Positions 24,415 to 39,200 of a stretch of 64,000 nucleotides of DNA are shown here, piece after piece; the stretch's first letter is position 1, and every line of letters starts with the position of its first letter. This stretch comes from Podarcis erhardii (lineage: Eukaryota): NCBI GenBank assembly GCA_964252035.1, contig OZ176200.1. One strand, given 5' to 3'. Both the position numbers and the translations under genes were made by a program. The notes beneath the pieces were generated by a model. The model was not told the origin of the DNA. It saw nothing but the letters and a program-made list of their open reading frames with translations, and made no database searches.

Positions 24415-25710
24415 TATCTTTATCATTCTTTCTTTTACTGCAGATTCTAGATCTGTACACCTATTGCCAAATACAACACAGAGTCTTCTGGGCCTCTGGT
24501 AAGGGCAGTGTGATGGTAGGTGGGTGGGGGGCAAGAGACCTTTGACAAAATCCTGACAATTTATCACTAGAACCCAAACATTACATTTAAACATTGTTTA
24601 CGGATGCTAGAGAAAGCAACGGCTAGAAGGAAATGTTCAGAAAGGGTGGAAAGGGTGGAAAAGAACCATATGTCCTCAAAGCCTATGCACAATGGGGACC
24701 CACCTTAATGGGCTTGTCAGGACACCCCATTGTGCCTAGGTAGTGAAAGACATATGGCACATTTCACCCTGAACTATAATGTTCTTTTAATGTTTGCAGA
24801 TAATTACATCAATGCTGAATTCCTAATGCATTTTCCTCTCAGAGGTATGGCAAGCTCTTTCATAAAGGAAATCCATGCTCTGACTAATCACTAATGCTTC
24901 CCTCCTGATTAACTTCTCTTTTCAGCAGGGTGGGGAAAATAAGTGCATATCATTTATTACACAGGTGCACTGACTATGCTAGAGGATGTTGCAATAACTG
25001 ATGTCTTGAGGGGGTTGGCAATCCACCATCCCACTTTTACTGCCCTCCCCTCAAAAAAATCTTGAACACTACTCATACAGAGGTGCTTTCAGCATCAGAA
25101 TTACTCAGCTTTCGTTATACAGGGAAGATGCACCTGTTTTTACCCTGAAAAGTACTTTTTGTGATCCTCCTTAAAGCTGCGTATTAATCTGATGACTAAT
25201 TGTATTGTCTTGTTGACCTTGTGGTGAAAAGTGGGTAAGAAATCTAAAGAACAACAAACAAACAAGTCCAGTTTATTAGGCAATCACGTACAGGTTATAG
25301 TCAAAGAAAGAAGAAATTGAGGAACAACCAAGGAATACAAGGGCTATTTAAGATAATCATAGTCAACCACTACCAACTGGATAAAAGGAACTCTGTTCTG
25401 CTGAGCTATCTGGGGGAAGTCCATATCTATTATCATCACATTTCATTTTATTTATACAAAATGTTTATACACTACCAACTCATATAAAATACCAAAGTTT
25501 AAACAGCTGCATAGTCCTGATGGCATAAAAAGAGGAGCCTGAAGGTCAGGAGTGAGGATGCTTTCCAAATCTCTGCTGAAAGATCAGTCCACAGCATGAA
25601 ACTAGTGACACTAAATGCCCAACTTCTCATTGAAGCCAGTCAAACATCTGTAACATGGGTGAGAGGGCAAGTATATGTAATAACCACTTACCTGTGGTGA
25701 AGGCCACCAG

Positions 25711-25850
25711 CAGTGCTTTTTTTTTTCTTAAAAAAATGTTTAGGGGTACTCTCATTTTCCTACTCATATTGAAATACTGCCCCTCAATGGGGCCAAACTT
25801 AGATTCATAAAATGTTTAGGGGTATGCGTCCCCCCAGAAAAAAAGCACTG
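25711..25850. mobile_element. hAT-type MITE
   Basis: TIRs CAGTGCTTTTTT / AAAAAAGCACTG; perfect 8-bp TSD GCCACCAG. Confidence 0.9.
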
Positions 25851-26976
25851 GCCACCAGTATTTGGCTGGTAAGGCTGGGTAAGACTTGTGAGTCAGATTA
25901 AGTTCTCAGTGGCGACTGTGTTCTGTACTCATAGCCAGACCTGAGATCCCATCAATCAAGGAGCAATACTTCTTAAGTCCACCCTCTCAACATTTTATGG
26001 ACTAAGCATGTCTCTTTAAAAAGTAAGAAAGCTGAGATTCTTAGGATGTTGAATTGCATGCCAGATACCATATTATCTGCCGGACTCACAAAATAATACA
26101 CTTCACCACACTGACTTGACTATAATGCTTACCATTGATACCCTTTGCTCTGAAACATCAGGCCTGAAGCTATTTTTCATGTACGGACAAACTAATAGCT
26201 AGGAAATGGCATCAAAATCCCCTTTTAATTTCCTCTTTCTCTAAAAGGCCAAGTCCCTATCTTTATGGACAGCTTTTGTCACTTGAGGAACCAGCCTATA
26301 TAAGGCACTGTATTTAAGAAAACCATTTAACAGGAAAGCACTTCTGCTAACTGCAATAAGTAAAATAATGGGCTGTGAATGTATTATTTTAATATTCTGC
26401 TATAACCTTACTTTATTCTTGGTGATTCCCCCCCCCCCATAACCACTTAGAAAGTTGAGACCACATCCCCTACACATACATTTAAAAAAGAAAGAGTAGA
26501 AAACTGTTTCATTTTTGACCAGTTGGCAAACGTTATATGGCCAAGAGTCTTCGAAACGTTTAGGAGAAATGCTGATTGATGCAAAACTTTGAGAATAAAA
26601 TTTTATAGACTGTTGTTCCTTTTTACTGCTGCAGCTTTTTGTGTCTTTTTTTTTTTTTTGTCCTGTTATCACTTTCTTTATGAGGATAACAATGTTTTTA
26701 CCCCCTTTTGCCAATGATTCCACAAACTGCAACAGACTTCCTTTATCAGTATGCTGCCAGAATCCAGAATTAACTGAATCTGGACCCACAGTCCAGTACA
26801 ACTTGTATGGAATGCTCCCCTCATCTCTCTACCCAAGACTTCACCAGGCTTAACATGGCTCAGTTTGTTGTTGTTGTTGTTGCTGCTGCTGCTACTACTC
26901 TCAAATAATAGGGGGTATGTCTCTCATTTTTGGTAGAGTGACATTTTTGTTGGGCCTAAATTCTTTTCTCATACAT

Positions 26977-27344
26977 AGGTAAAGGTAAATGACCTTGGAC
27001 AGTTAAGTCCAGTCAAAGGCAACTATGGGGTACTGCACTCATCTTGCTTCAGGCCAAAGGAGCCAGCATTTGTCCACAGACAGCTCTTCAGGTCACGTGG
27101 CCAGAATGACTAAGCCGCTTCTGGCACAACAGAACACCATGACAGAAACCAGAATGTACGGAAACACCACTTACCTTCCTGCTGCAGCGGTACCTATTTA
27201 TCTACTTGCACTGGCATGCTTTCAAACTGTTAGGGTGGCAGGAGCTGGGAAAGAGCAACTCTGTTGCAGAGATTTGAACCATCAACCTTCCAATCGGCAA
27301 GCCCAGGAGGGTCAGTGGTTAGGCCACAGCGCCACCCATGTCCC
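26977..27344 (-). mobile_element. Sauria SINE, near full length
   Basis: Minus strand begins GGGACATGGGTGGCGCTGTGG (tRNA-like head, GGTTCAAATC B box) and ends with (ACCTTT)n. Confidence 0.9.
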
Positions 27345-27578
27345 TCATACATACACATTTCATTTCATTTCCTACCACTCCCTTCACTTTTTCTGCAATG
27401 TCCTTTTCTTTTTCTGTATCTTTCTGATACCTCCTTCTTGCTCTTCCTCTCCCTCCCTCTTGTTCCCCACTCTGCAGACTGTGGGTTGAGAGACAGATCA
27501 CTCCTGCCAGAACTCTGGACTGATTGCCTGCATAGAGTTTTAAAAATTAGGCTGAAGACTGCACAGATTGCCTTAGAT

Positions 27579-27716
27579 CAGGTGCGGGGAACATTTGGGC
27601 CTCCAGGTGTTGCAGAACTGCAGCTCCTATCATCCCTGGCTATTGGCCATGCTTGCCAGGTCTGATGAGATCTGCAATTCAGCAGTATCTGGAGAGCCCA
27701 AGGTTCCTCACACCTG
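27579..27716. mobile_element. hAT (Charlie-type) palindromic MITE
   Basis: TIRs CAGGTGCGGGGAAC / GTTCCTCACACCTG; perfect 8-bp TSD CCTTAGAT. Confidence 0.88.
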
Positions 27717-30700
27717 CCTTAGATATTTGTGCTCTGATCTACACACCTTTGATAAGAACCCCCAAAACATTAGATATAAGGGTTTTGCCTTCCTAAAAGA
27801 AGGCAAAGCTTTTCAGCTTTGACTTCTCTTATGCGCAACAACCTTCGCTGCAAATGCTAATTCTGAAGTCTAAAAGCACCTGTCATGCGTGCAAACATTG
27901 ATTTGAATGGGAATGTGAGAACTTCAATTGCAAAACAAATGCTACAGTAAAAGATTTATGAACACAAGAGAATTTAGGAGGCTCTTGAAGCTCAAGGCAA
28001 CTTCTTCCAAACTTCCTGTTACCAACTAACCGGCAAACCAGAAAACTCAATAGTTGCCTGTGGCGTGGAGATTGAAACAAAAGAATTCATTAAGTGAAAC
28101 CCATTCAGAAATTCAGTTTCATCTGCAAAGATGAAAAAAGGAGCAATTTTGAATAAATAATCAAAAGGGAGTGGTGCCGGTTAGAGGGAAAGGACAAAAA
28201 TGTTTTCCTCTTATTACAGTGCATGCCAAACATTCAGGTGTGCCTGCTGACCATTAGAGAAGGATGTTGTGAATGCTATATGTGGACTGGGCAACCATGG
28301 AGAATAGTGAAAATGGGGCAGGGCTGCTTGACTGATCAGTGAGAGGGGATGATGCATAATGGTCAGAGAATGTACAACGTGTGGTGGAATCCAGCATATT
28401 GCTGAGGTGAACATTCAGTCAGTGCAGGGATTTCTCATTGTGCAATGGAATGTTCTCCCACTGCACGTCCATTAAATCTGTCCTGGGGGTTCCACAGTAC
28501 CCTAGAACAAATTATTGAAAGACAAGGGTCTGCGTAGGAGGAGAAGAGGGGCTGAAGTTTCATTGTGCAAGTGCACTCATGGAACTCATTAGCCCATGGT
28601 AAGTAATGTATGACTTCAACTCCCATCAGCCTCTGTTAGGACACCCAATGGTCAGGGAAGATGGGGAATACAAGCCAACACCTCATGACTCTCTCTTCTC
28701 TACATGCAGTGGAGAATGGCATGTAAATCTGACACACATTCTTATACTATTTGGTTTGTAATACCTATATACTGGTGAAATATATGGAATAAATTATGAA
28801 TGGATGATTTTTCTCCATCATTCTTCTATGGCAAAATTTCCTTGTGAATGTGCCATTCTCATATCAAGTGACAGCCTGAACAATGATAGAAAACTATTTC
28901 TTTCTTGGATATATTTAAACAGACTGTGGTCAATTCTACCCACCCCGTCCCCATGTTAGGATTCAATGACTTGGTGTGTCAGTGTTCTCTAAAAGAGAAA
29001 AAGGATCCTCCATTTAGAAGAGATGCTGAAACCCTGGAGTCCAATTGTGCCATCGTTTAAAAATAATATTCCATTGTGAGGCAATTTCCATGCCCACAAA
29101 GGGTCTTGACCCTAATGTAGAAATAAAGCAGGACCTGAGTTATTTATAAATCAGCAGATACATCTGTTCCCCATCTAAGAAGTTGCTTGACTTAATTCAA
29201 GCACCCACTCAGGTAGTTTAGCAGGGTAATCCTTAAATTACATTATTGTGCTTGGTGATCCTATCAGTCTTACTGAAGAGCATAAATTGGCATTTTTTAG
29301 GATTCATCTGCTGAACGTGCATGCACGCATACACACACACACATACACACACAGAGAATCTTTTGTACCCGTGGAAGCTCCTCACTCAATTTAGAACTAC
29401 AGTTACACAGGATTCTAACATGTTAGGGTTCTAACATGTGGGGATCCTCCATGGATACAAACTTCTCCCCACTTCAACCTGCCACCTTCCATGAGTTCAA
29501 ACAACCTTCTCATCACAAGGAGAAGATCTTCAAGAGAGGTAGCCTCTGTCTCCTGCATAAGCTACAGACAAAAACTGTAAAAGTACCTCACTACTGCTTC
29601 AGCTCAGGTATATTCCACTGGGAACTTCAACATACAAACAATATATATTTGATAACTCAGACACCTATTACTTAAAATAATCTCTCTCTCTCTCATTTTA
29701 AGTAGTATGTGTTTGAGTTATTAAATAAATAAGAAAACAGTAATGGGGTATGTGGAGTTCGTCAGCTTGCCCTCATTGTCCCCTCACTTGATCACAGTCC
29801 TGAAGAAGATTTGGGTGTCTAAAAATTAGACAAATTCAAATATCTTCCATCTGGGCCAGAAGAATGCCTTTAAACTCCAACCTTCAAACTTCAGTTACTA
29901 TTTTTTAAACTCTAAACTCCATGTAAAGTTTATAGTCCATCAGACAAGGGGGAAACAAGGAGCCAGTCTAAATTCATGCTGGATAGCCAACTTAGGTGAT
30001 GACAGAGAATAGCGTTGGCAGATTGGCTCCTAGATGTTATCCTTTCTTGAGTGTCCTACAAAGGACATCAGCTAAGCGAGCTTTCGCTAAGCCTTGGATC
30101 AGACCCCATATACTTGCTGTAAAGAACAGCCATGTCAGTTGGCACATTTCCAAGGAGATTAGCATTCCATGCCCAAAAAAGGTCCAGGAGGACTGAAATA
30201 ACAAAGAGTGTCATGGGTCAGGAATGAAGTACGCTGGCAGACATCGCATAGGCTCATCAAGCCATGTAATTTGGCAGGTATCCTGAAAAGCAAATTTGAT
30301 CGGCTCCTACACAATGCACCAAGTCTGCAGCACAGATAAGCACAGAAATCACTTGAGCCTTGTAATTGTGTCTTTTACGCCAGCATTATCCTGTGGTTTT
30401 CTTCCGTTTAAGCTTTTTTCTTGGAAAAAGAAAACACACATGAAAATAAAAGCACCTCTTTTCAAAATGACCAACATCATCTGACTACTAATTCACAGTT
30501 TTGATTTAGCAGCAGCAACTGTAACAACAGCAGCAGCACCTGCACTTAGCAGAGAGCTGCAAGGTTGGCACCAGAGGCCAGCATCACTGGACACTTTCCA
30601 AGACCCACACTCCAGTAGTCCTTCCCCCCGACACACACACACTGCTGATCCCTGGAGCCCCCTGGCTCTGCTGCTTCTGCTCCCTGTTGCTTCTTTGTCA

Positions 30701-31071
30701 CATGCTCTCTCTGTGTAAGCAAGCAGTGAGAAGAAGGAGAAGAAACATCAACCTCCATATAGCTTGCACTCTGTCTCTCTTAGAGAGGTGATACTAAATG
30801 GACCCAGAGGAAGAGACAAGCAAAGAGAGGGAAGAGGGAGAGGACTATTTCAGGAAGAGGGGTGCCATTGAAACTTTGAGTTACCTAAGGAAGTGTGAAA
30901 TGGGTGTCCCTTTCCCTCCACCTCAGCAACAATACTAAAGCTCACCTTCCTTAATGTTCCACAGCCCTTAATCTTGTTGAGCCTCAATGGTGATCTTTTC
31001 ACCTTATTCCTATAGCTGTGCTATGCTTCGCTTGCACTTCTTCCTATTCTTCTCAAGAGGAAAAAAAAATA

Positions 31072-31282
31072 CAGTAGTACCTCGGGTTAAGTACTTAATT
31101 CGTTCCGGAGGTCCGTTCTTAACCTGAAACTGTTCTTAACCTGAAGTTCTTAACCACTGCCGCACGATTTCTGTTCTCATCCTGAAGCAAAGTTCTTAAC
31201 CCGAGGTAATATTTCTGGGTTAGTGGAGTCTGTAACGTGAAGCATATGTAACCTGAAGCGTATGTAACCCGAGATACCACCG
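31072..31282. mobile_element. Tigger-like MITE, family A
   Basis: TA-CAGTAGTACCTCGGGTTA ... TAACCCGAGATACCACCG-TA. Confidence 0.88.
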
Positions 31283-33101
31283 TAAAGTCTACGATACAAG
31301 AGGATTAGGTTAGTAGGCATTTAAGAAGTTGATTAGCCTCTTAGTAGCTTAACATGGTAGGATGGTTACATAGAGATAGAGTGTGGGGTCTCCTGCAGCC
31401 AAATTATATTGAAGAACACACACCTTCCAATGTGTGGAGGATTTAAAGGACACGCAACCTCTGTGACAAGTGCTGCTGGGTTGAAGAAGTGAACTGAACA
31501 TCTGAATATATGATGAATTGCTTTGATCGTGTGTGTGTTAGACTTCAGGCACATTCAAGTAAGGGGGAAATTAATCAACGGAGAGCAACTAGTTATATGG
31601 GGCAGACCCCACATCGGAACTCCATGTGTTGATCAGCTGTGCATGCACATAACCTATCCATGCACATTATATTCATGTAAGGTACTCCGCAGGGTCCCAG
31701 ATGATGCAGTTTGTGCATATGCGGCATGTACACGCATAAACTCTGTACATGCTGAGCAAATCAGCATGATCAACGTGTAGAGATTGCAGGTAGAGCCCCT
31801 GAGTCAGTCCCCATCCATGCTCCTGATGTTGAGAATATTCATATGCAGAAAGTCTGTATAGGACTATGAGCAAGTATATAGAGAAATAAAATAAAATAAA
31901 AAAGAATAAAATAATAGGGCAAGCTTTCTGGGCGAGTCTCAAACATAATTTCCAAGATTTATCTTTCAATAATGAAAAATTTCTGCATAGTTGGCAGCAG
32001 GTATTGCTTAAGCCTATTTTCCCTTCCAGTGTGAGATCATGCTAAAAGTCCCCAACAGGACGGCTGCTGATATCTATTAACAAAGATTAAAAGCCAAGTT
32101 TGCACATCAGTGAAAGTCTTCTAAGCACATTAAAGTCAGAATAATGCCCCTGAGAAAGCCATTTCAGAATTTTCTATTAGACTTGGGACTCCGTCGTTTG
32201 TAAATAATGCTACAATTATGGTTTAAATGTGGGGGGAAAACTTAATACAGTAGGACAATATGCTTTGATATCTTTCCTTGTCTTTCTAAGATGTTTATGC
32301 TTTTATTTTCGCCCACTATGCAGAGGAGGGAGCAGAAGCTGTTTCGATGGTGGAGAGGGGAGAGGGAGGACTCTCAGAACTTTGAAAAGAGAAAGTTTTA
32401 GCCTTCAAGCGAATCCTGATGAATGATTCAAATAAAGTGCCGATTTGATACCTGAATTTGAATTGCTAATAATAGTGAAGATGCTTCCCATGCTGCTTCA
32501 GCTACTGTTCATTCCTGCTAAGCCAGATGTCTATTATTCATCCTTCTGCACACAAATTAAATTGCTATCTTCCAGAGAGTCTTTTTCCTGTTGTACTACA
32601 TTGATTTCTAACACGAATGGGCCAAATTTATGCTGGACTTAAGTTCCGGAGCATCCCTGGGATTTGGGCTAGGGATGGATTGACTCGAAATGTTCAAGAA
32701 GATCTTATCAGGAAGTGCTTAGGTGTAATCAGCAAAATGTGTCTGTGCATATGCCAGATCTACCCACACTTGGGTATTTAAACCTAATCTCCCAATGACT
32801 TCAGGCTTCAGTTGATTTCACTTTCCAGTTGTGAGCTCCGCAATGAACTTACTCTCAGTTTGACAGATGTAGTCTGGCTGCACAGAAGAACTGCACCTCA
32901 GATCTGGTATTATAATGCTCTGTCTGCCCATTTACATTACATGCACTATATCTATCTTTCTGTGTGCATTTCTCCATCGCTCCTGCCTAGATCATTTTAA
33001 CAGAAGTACAAGCACATACTATAGAAATTAATATTATTTACTGGATTTACCGCATTCATATCCCACCGTTTCCCATTATGGACTTCAGGATGGCATACAA
33101 G

Positions 33102-33333
33102 GAGTTTGGATTTGATATCCCGCTTTATCACTACCCGAAGGAGTCTCAAAGCGGCGAACATTCTCCTTTCCCTTCCTCCCCCACAACAAACACTCTGTGA
33201 GGCGAGTGGGGCTGAGAGACTTCAAAGAAGTGTGACTAGCCCAAGGTCACCTAGCAGCTGCATGTGGAGGAGCGGGGACACGAACCCGGTTCCCCAGATT
33301 ACGAGTCCACCACTCTTAACCAGTACACCACAC
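33102..33333 (-). mobile_element. tRNA-derived Squam3/MIR-like SINE, young (CpG-rich)
   Basis: Minus strand GTGTGGTGTACTGGTTAAGAGTGGTGGACTCGTAATCTGGGGAACCGGGTTCG with A and B boxes. Confidence 0.8.
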
Positions 33334-34239
33334 AAGGGATTTCCATGTTACCATCCATTCAAGCGTTTACCAGGCCCAGGCCTGTTTAGCTACAGCACAG
33401 TCACTTCCATCACTGGGCTCTCTTGAAAATGGAAGTGACCTTTCCAAACAATGGAACAGCTCTTCTTTTCTTATCTCTGTGGCTGCAGTCTCTTGGGTGG
33501 TGCAGATGCCATTAGGCAGTTGAATGTGCATGTGCATTCCATCCATGTCCCTCCCTCCCCACCTTCTGCGCAGCCCCAAGCACTGGCAACCCACCCTATA
33601 CCACCGGGGGGGGGAGAGACATATTTTAACCCAAGGGCCACATTCCCTTCAAGGCAACTTTCTGGGGGCCACAGGACAGTGGCAGAGCAAATTCAGAGGC
33701 AAAAGTGCCAGGAGCAATGAATGTAAATTTTAGCTCTGTACAGTAGGCTAATTTCTATACACATTCACACACTCCTCTCTGGCCTCCACCCAGGCAAGCA
33801 AAAGGCATTAGGAGAGTTCAAGGGCACATTCCAGCCAGGTAAAACATTTGAGAAGGGTGCAAAGCAGAGCCAGCATGGGTGTGTGGCCTGAGGAGAGCCC
33901 AGAGGGTCAGATGGAGAGGCATGGAGGGCAGTATCCAGCTCACAAGTCTGAATTTCTCCATCTCTGCTGTAGTCATGCCCAAGAAGATCTTGAAGCTTCT
34001 AAGGCATATTAGGCACACTAATTAGGCCTTAGAAACCTGGAACTTAGTAGAGCACACTAAGGATTGCTTGCAAAGATACTTTCCCCACTCTTCAGTGTCC
34101 TTATTGGAGAGCAGTGAACAGAATTGCACACAATATTGCAAATGGTAAAACTAAAGGTTTGCTTAACAGAATTATGATATTGACAGTTTTATTTTCATTC
34201 ATTTTCTAATGATCCGTAATGTGGAACTTGCTTAATAAA

Positions 34240-34530
34240 CAACAACAACAATATCCCTCCCATCTGGCTGGGTTTCCCCAACCACTCTGGGAGGGTCATA
34301 ACATATATTGAAACATACTAAAACATCAAACATTAAAAACTTCGCTGCCTTCAGATTTCTTCCAAAAGTTGTGTAGTTCTTTATCTCCTTGACATCTGAA
34401 GGGAGGGCATTCCACAGGGAGGGTGCCACTACTGAGAAGGCCCTCTGCCTGGCGCCCTGTAACTTCACTTCTCACAAGTGAGAGAACCAGCAGAAGACCC
34501 TCGGAGGAGGACCTCAGTGCCTGGGCTGAA
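34240..34530 (-). mobile_element. L2-clade LINE 3' end
   Basis: RAFSVVAPSLWNALPSDVKEIKNYTTF motif, 3' UTR and (GTT)n tail; related plus-strand piece at ~59735-59850. Confidence 0.8.
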
Positions 34531-35118
34531 CGATGGAGATGCAGCTGCTGCTCACTGGGTATAAGTGTTCATTAGGCTGTTCACCATAACCCCAAAACTC
34601 ATTTTCTGGTCAGTCACGGCCACGTCAGACCCTGCTAATTCATATGCAAAGTAAGAGATCTTTTTACCTCAAAGTGCATCACTTTACAATGGCTTATTCC
34701 TGATATCAGAGCATTTGGGGGGCAACTTTGGGGTTTGTCTAAAAAACAACAACTCTTGGTGTGTCCTGGTTTTTTACTTTTTGAAATATGGCAACCCTAG
34801 ATTAGAGGACTGGTTGAACATAGGGGATGAAGAAGCTATATAGGATATTTCTATATTCACTGTAGAATACAAAGAGAGTTCAATATTTGGAACACTTGTA
34901 CAGGTTTGGAGCCTTAGCTTTTTCTACCATGAACCCAAAGATGTCAATATGTCTTTTATAGTTTAATGGCTCTTTGACTACATCAACCATAACAGAACAA
35001 GCCACTGAAAGTTCCATTTTCAAACTGCAGCAAAAAACTATTTCCTGAAGTCTATAGATCTAGCTATATCCTGAAGTCTATAGATCCAGGCTGGAAGTGC
35101 CGAAGGGGTCCCAAAAGT

Positions 35119-35127
<9 letters not shown>

Positions 35128-35168
<41 letters not shown>
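35128..35168. repeat. (TA)n microsatellite
   Basis: Directly visible. Confidence 0.95.
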
Positions 35169-35172
<4 letters not shown>

Positions 35173-36339
35173 CAATTAAAGTAAGTTAAAGGTTAATGCT
35201 ACACACATACCTCTGCCATTATAAATAGATTTGGATGGGGCAGGGGTTATGGTTTGGTTACTTTCCCGTCTGTGCCGGTTGACACTTGGCATCAAAGTTG
35301 ACAGCCCAGATGTGATTTTCTTCTTTTTTTCAGCAACTGACTTACAGTTATTATTAATTTTTTTTTGCTTCAGCTTTTTTACTCACAAAAGTGATCCTTC
35401 CACACAACATCTGGCTTGCAGTGAGGACTTGCTGTCGCTTTAAACCAATTTCCTAGCTTAGCTGATTGAGAGACCGAAAGGTCAAGTGTATTGCCCAAGG
35501 TTTTCTGGAAGCTATCCTCACATGTTTCCTTCTTTCTTTCTTTTTTCACAACGAATCCTTTTGCCTCCAGTTTACACAGTTTCACTTTGCCCCATATGTT
35601 TACAAGTATTACATGTTATGACCATGGCTGTACATAATTGGCTGCATTCACATGTAACATTAAATTGCGGTTTAGCTCTATGTGGATGTACTTCCACAAA
35701 CCCAGGCACCTCCTCCCCTTCTCCCACATGGTCAAGAGAAGATGACTTCTCTGAAGATCAGTTTAGATTTCAACGAATGCCAGCTTGTCACGTACTATGA
35801 TCCAGGAATCCTTCTTTGTAACAGACTTTGTTATGTTTCAAAAGAAGCTAACTTCAAACCACAGGCTGCGAATGTGCCTTGCTTAATGAACTGTTTTCTT
35901 TTAAGCTGGGGTCCTGTTTCATAAGGGACAGCAAGCTGACATTTGCTGAGAGTAAAACTAGCCTTTGCAGAACTCCCCTTCCCATCAGTAATAAAGGTGG
36001 CAGGGAGTAGAATAACTCAATATTTTACTCAGGCTTACTAAGGTGAAGGTAAAGGCTTACTGCAACCTATCCACCCAGTACTAAACCATAGTTTACACAG
36101 GGGAAGGGAATCTCTGGTGTGGGGGAAATATGCATTCCTCCAGGCTCCTTTGTCTGGCCCTCTTCCATGCCACCTCTCCAGGCTGACTTTTCACCCTCCT
36201 TGGGTGTTTTTGCCTGGCTTGAAAGTGTCCTTGAACTATTATAATGTGATTTACTTGCTTGGAAGGAGGCTAGGAAGTGATGCGTTTATGTAAAGCTCAT
36301 CAACCATAAAAAGGTGAAATGTATATTTGTTAGCACCAA

Positions 36340-36445
36340 GGCTGCAGGTTCGATCCCCGTATGGGACAGCCACATATTCTTGCAGTGCAGGGGGTTGGAC
36401 TAGATGATCTTCAGATCCCCTTCCATTTCTATAATTCAGTGATTC
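36340..36445 (+). mobile_element. SINE-like fragment with B box and CR1-derived 3' tail
   Basis: GGTTCGATCCCC followed by GGGTTGGACTAGATGATC..CCCTTCCA CR1-type tail. Confidence 0.65.
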
Positions 36446-37699
36446 AATGCTGCTCTTTATTGCCTGTGGCTCCACTCACTAGTGGAATGTGGCACCTGGG
36501 ATGCAATATAGTCCTCAGTATGATGAAGGTTCTCTGCCATCACTAGGTTATCGTTATGTGTGAACCTACCTATTCTTTCACCAGATCAAACAAACAACCT
36601 TTAAAAACCCCAGACAGCTAGATTCCCATGAACTAGAATCGGAGGAGGAAAACTGCATGTCTATCCTTATTATCACGTTGCAGTTATTGATGTTGCTATT
36701 TTTATCATTATTGCTTTCCACTTTTTAAGCAGAAAGGCCTGAAGACGAATTAGCAATGAAATGGGAGGGGGATGAGTTGTGTATACAATTAAGCATTCAG
36801 ATGGCCGAACCACAGTAATTAGCTGAAGTTTGAGTGAGGGGAACCAACTTCAAATGTGAATGTCTTGATCAAGCCTGTTCTCAGTTCTAGCTTTGCATCC
36901 ATTTCACTTTATTAAATGCAGTGGTGATTGGATGAGGAATCCAGTAACTTGCATGTGACCCCCTCTGACCCAAGTTACTTTAATTATGACATAATTTAAT
37001 TACCTTATATATGGAGCATGCTAAGCTGCATTTAAGTACCAACAGAAGAATAATACAATAGACCCTAGTTTTTCAAAGGTGCTGCCAACGGCAATCCTTG
37101 TTAGATATTTTGATATCATTGCGGCTTTCAATTTGTCTTGGGTGGGGGTCAGCTTTAATCTCTTTTCCTTTATTCTTTGTTTTCACTGAGGGTCAAATTT
37201 ATGTTCTGCCAAAGGAGGAATCCTATGTGCCTTTCAGAGGGCATATGTTGCAATAAAATTAATGGAAGCCTGGGTAGACTTAACTGCCTGTAGAAATGGC
37301 AGTAATTTGATTTTGTTGTGTACCTGCTCTTACTTGCTTTTGTGTTTTGTTTTTTGAGATACAATGGTTATTATTAGTTAAGGAAGAACCCACTTCAGCT
37401 GTGCACACACAGGGTGGGTTTCATTCAGATTTATTTATCATGGACAACTGCAAAAGTTCATAGGGACGACCTACGGTCCTCATCTCATTTGGTTTGGATA
37501 CCTTCTTTTAAAGCTTAACATTATTCCAGCAGCATGGGAGATGCTTCTGAGTTGATTCTTCATCTGGTCTCATAGGTAATGTGAGAAGCTTGACCCAGGT
37601 GCTCATCCCCATACCAGAATTCGACCAGGTTATAAAACAGAGTTGGGGAACTTGTGGTCCTTGAGATGTTGTTGAACCAGCATGGCTAAAGATCAGGGG

Positions 37700-37900
37700 T
37701 GACCATAAGAAGTAGTGGTGACCATTTTTGATGGCTTTAAAGGGGGATTAGTCCAATTCATGGAGGATAAGGCAATCAATGGCAACTACCCACAATGGCT
37801 ATGTTCTAGGTTCTACCACCACTGATGAAGGCAGTATGCCTCTGAATATCAGTTTCTGGGAGACACAAATGGAGGGAGGGCTCTTGTACTCATGTCTTGC
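37700..37900 (+). mobile_element. CR1 3' UTR fragment
   Basis: GATGGCTTTAAAGGGGGATTAG..CATGGAGGATAAGGC pattern; inverted relative at ~57470-57680. Confidence 0.6.
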
Positions 37901-39009
37901 TAGATGGGACATCATGTGGAGGGTCACACCAATTCCCATCCCTGTTCTGAAAGATTAGCAAGGGCTATAATAGGCAGATCCCATGTTGCTGGGATGGCAA
38001 AAGAGTGGTATAGTGAAAGTGAGCTAGAAAGATATTTTGAACACCTGCCTAAATACTAAGTAAATCAACACTGCACAGACAGCCATCTTAATATCATCTT
38101 GAGAACTGCTTTTCTGGATCAAAAATCTATTATGCTATTCTGCCTCCAGCTAGTATCAGCCATATCAATGCTTCTAATAAACTTATGAGTAAGACATGGA
38201 ATCACAGAATCATAGATTTTAGAGTTGGAAGGGTCCTTGAGGGTCATCTAGCCCAACCTTCTGTAACAACAACAACAAATCTATATGCCACCTCACCACT
38301 CACAGGGAAACTGATATTGTAACAAAGCCTGTCTATTTCCTGCTACTCATGGAAACAAGGAACTGAAAAAATAATATTATAGAACTAGGATAGTATAGAG
38401 TTTTCCAGAACCTATTGCATATTCAGCTCTGTAGCTGAGTTCTGTGCAATACAGTATTACTAAGTTTTGCCTAACCACAGAATATTTGTATCCCTTAATG
38501 CAATGTTTGAACAAGCACTACATTAAATGCGGAGTTCACCTTTTAGTTTCTGTGATCCAAAGCAGCCACATTTAATTTTCTACCCTATCTTGATATTATT
38601 TTGTTATTTATTTAACATAAGGTTAAAAACTGCTCATCTTAAAAGTTTTGATTAGGTAATTCCAACTCAATTATCTCTAATTAGGAGAAATTGCTATTAT
38701 TCTCTCTCCCAAATTAATGGCTTTCTGTTTCCATTACCACACACTTAAACAAAATTAATTATCAATCTGCGCTTTTACTCTGAAGCAGAGGTCAGGTGCC
38801 ATCACACACTGTTAATCGGGTTTAGCCTCTCTTTTACATTTTAATTAGTAGCAAGGAAGCTCTAAAAGGTGTAGTCCAAAAGCATGCTTTTTTAAAAAGG
38901 GGGAGGGGGTGTTAGAATTTATTCATTTATTTCCATTTTAAAATCTCTCTCTCTCTCTCTCTCTCTCTCCCCCCCCCCTTAGGCAAAATACAACATGATT
39001 AAAATACAA

Positions 39010-39200
39010 CACATAGGGATATAGGAAGCTACCTCATACTGAGTCAGACGATTGGTCTATCCAGTTCAGTACTGTCTACGCAAACTAACAGTGGTTCTCC
39101 AGGATTTCAGACCAGAGTTCTCTCCCATCCCTACCTGGAGATGCTGGAAATTAAACCTGGGACCTTTTGAATACAAAGCAAATGCTTTACCGCTATAAAC
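39010..39200 (-). mobile_element. tRNA-derived SINE (Squam2-like)
   Basis: Minus strand GGTAAAGCATTTGCTTTG..AAGGTCCCAGGTTTAATT head and GTCTGACTCAGTATGAGGTAGCTTCCTA tail; fragments at ~21215-21270, 41270-41420, 41945-41995. Confidence 0.65.

Noticed and set aside
30061-30110. Second hammerhead-like string on the minus strand (CTGATCCAAGGCTTAGCGAAAGCTC)
   Set aside because: Core is broken (CTGATCC, not CTGANGA) and no stem I pairing exists
33280-33333. tRNA gene
   Set aside because: tRNA-like head of a SINE; continues into the SINE body with no complete cloverleaf
37810-37850. CTGATGA followed by a short stem (AGGCA/TGCCT)
   Set aside because: No GAAA after the stem; lies in a CR1-related repeat
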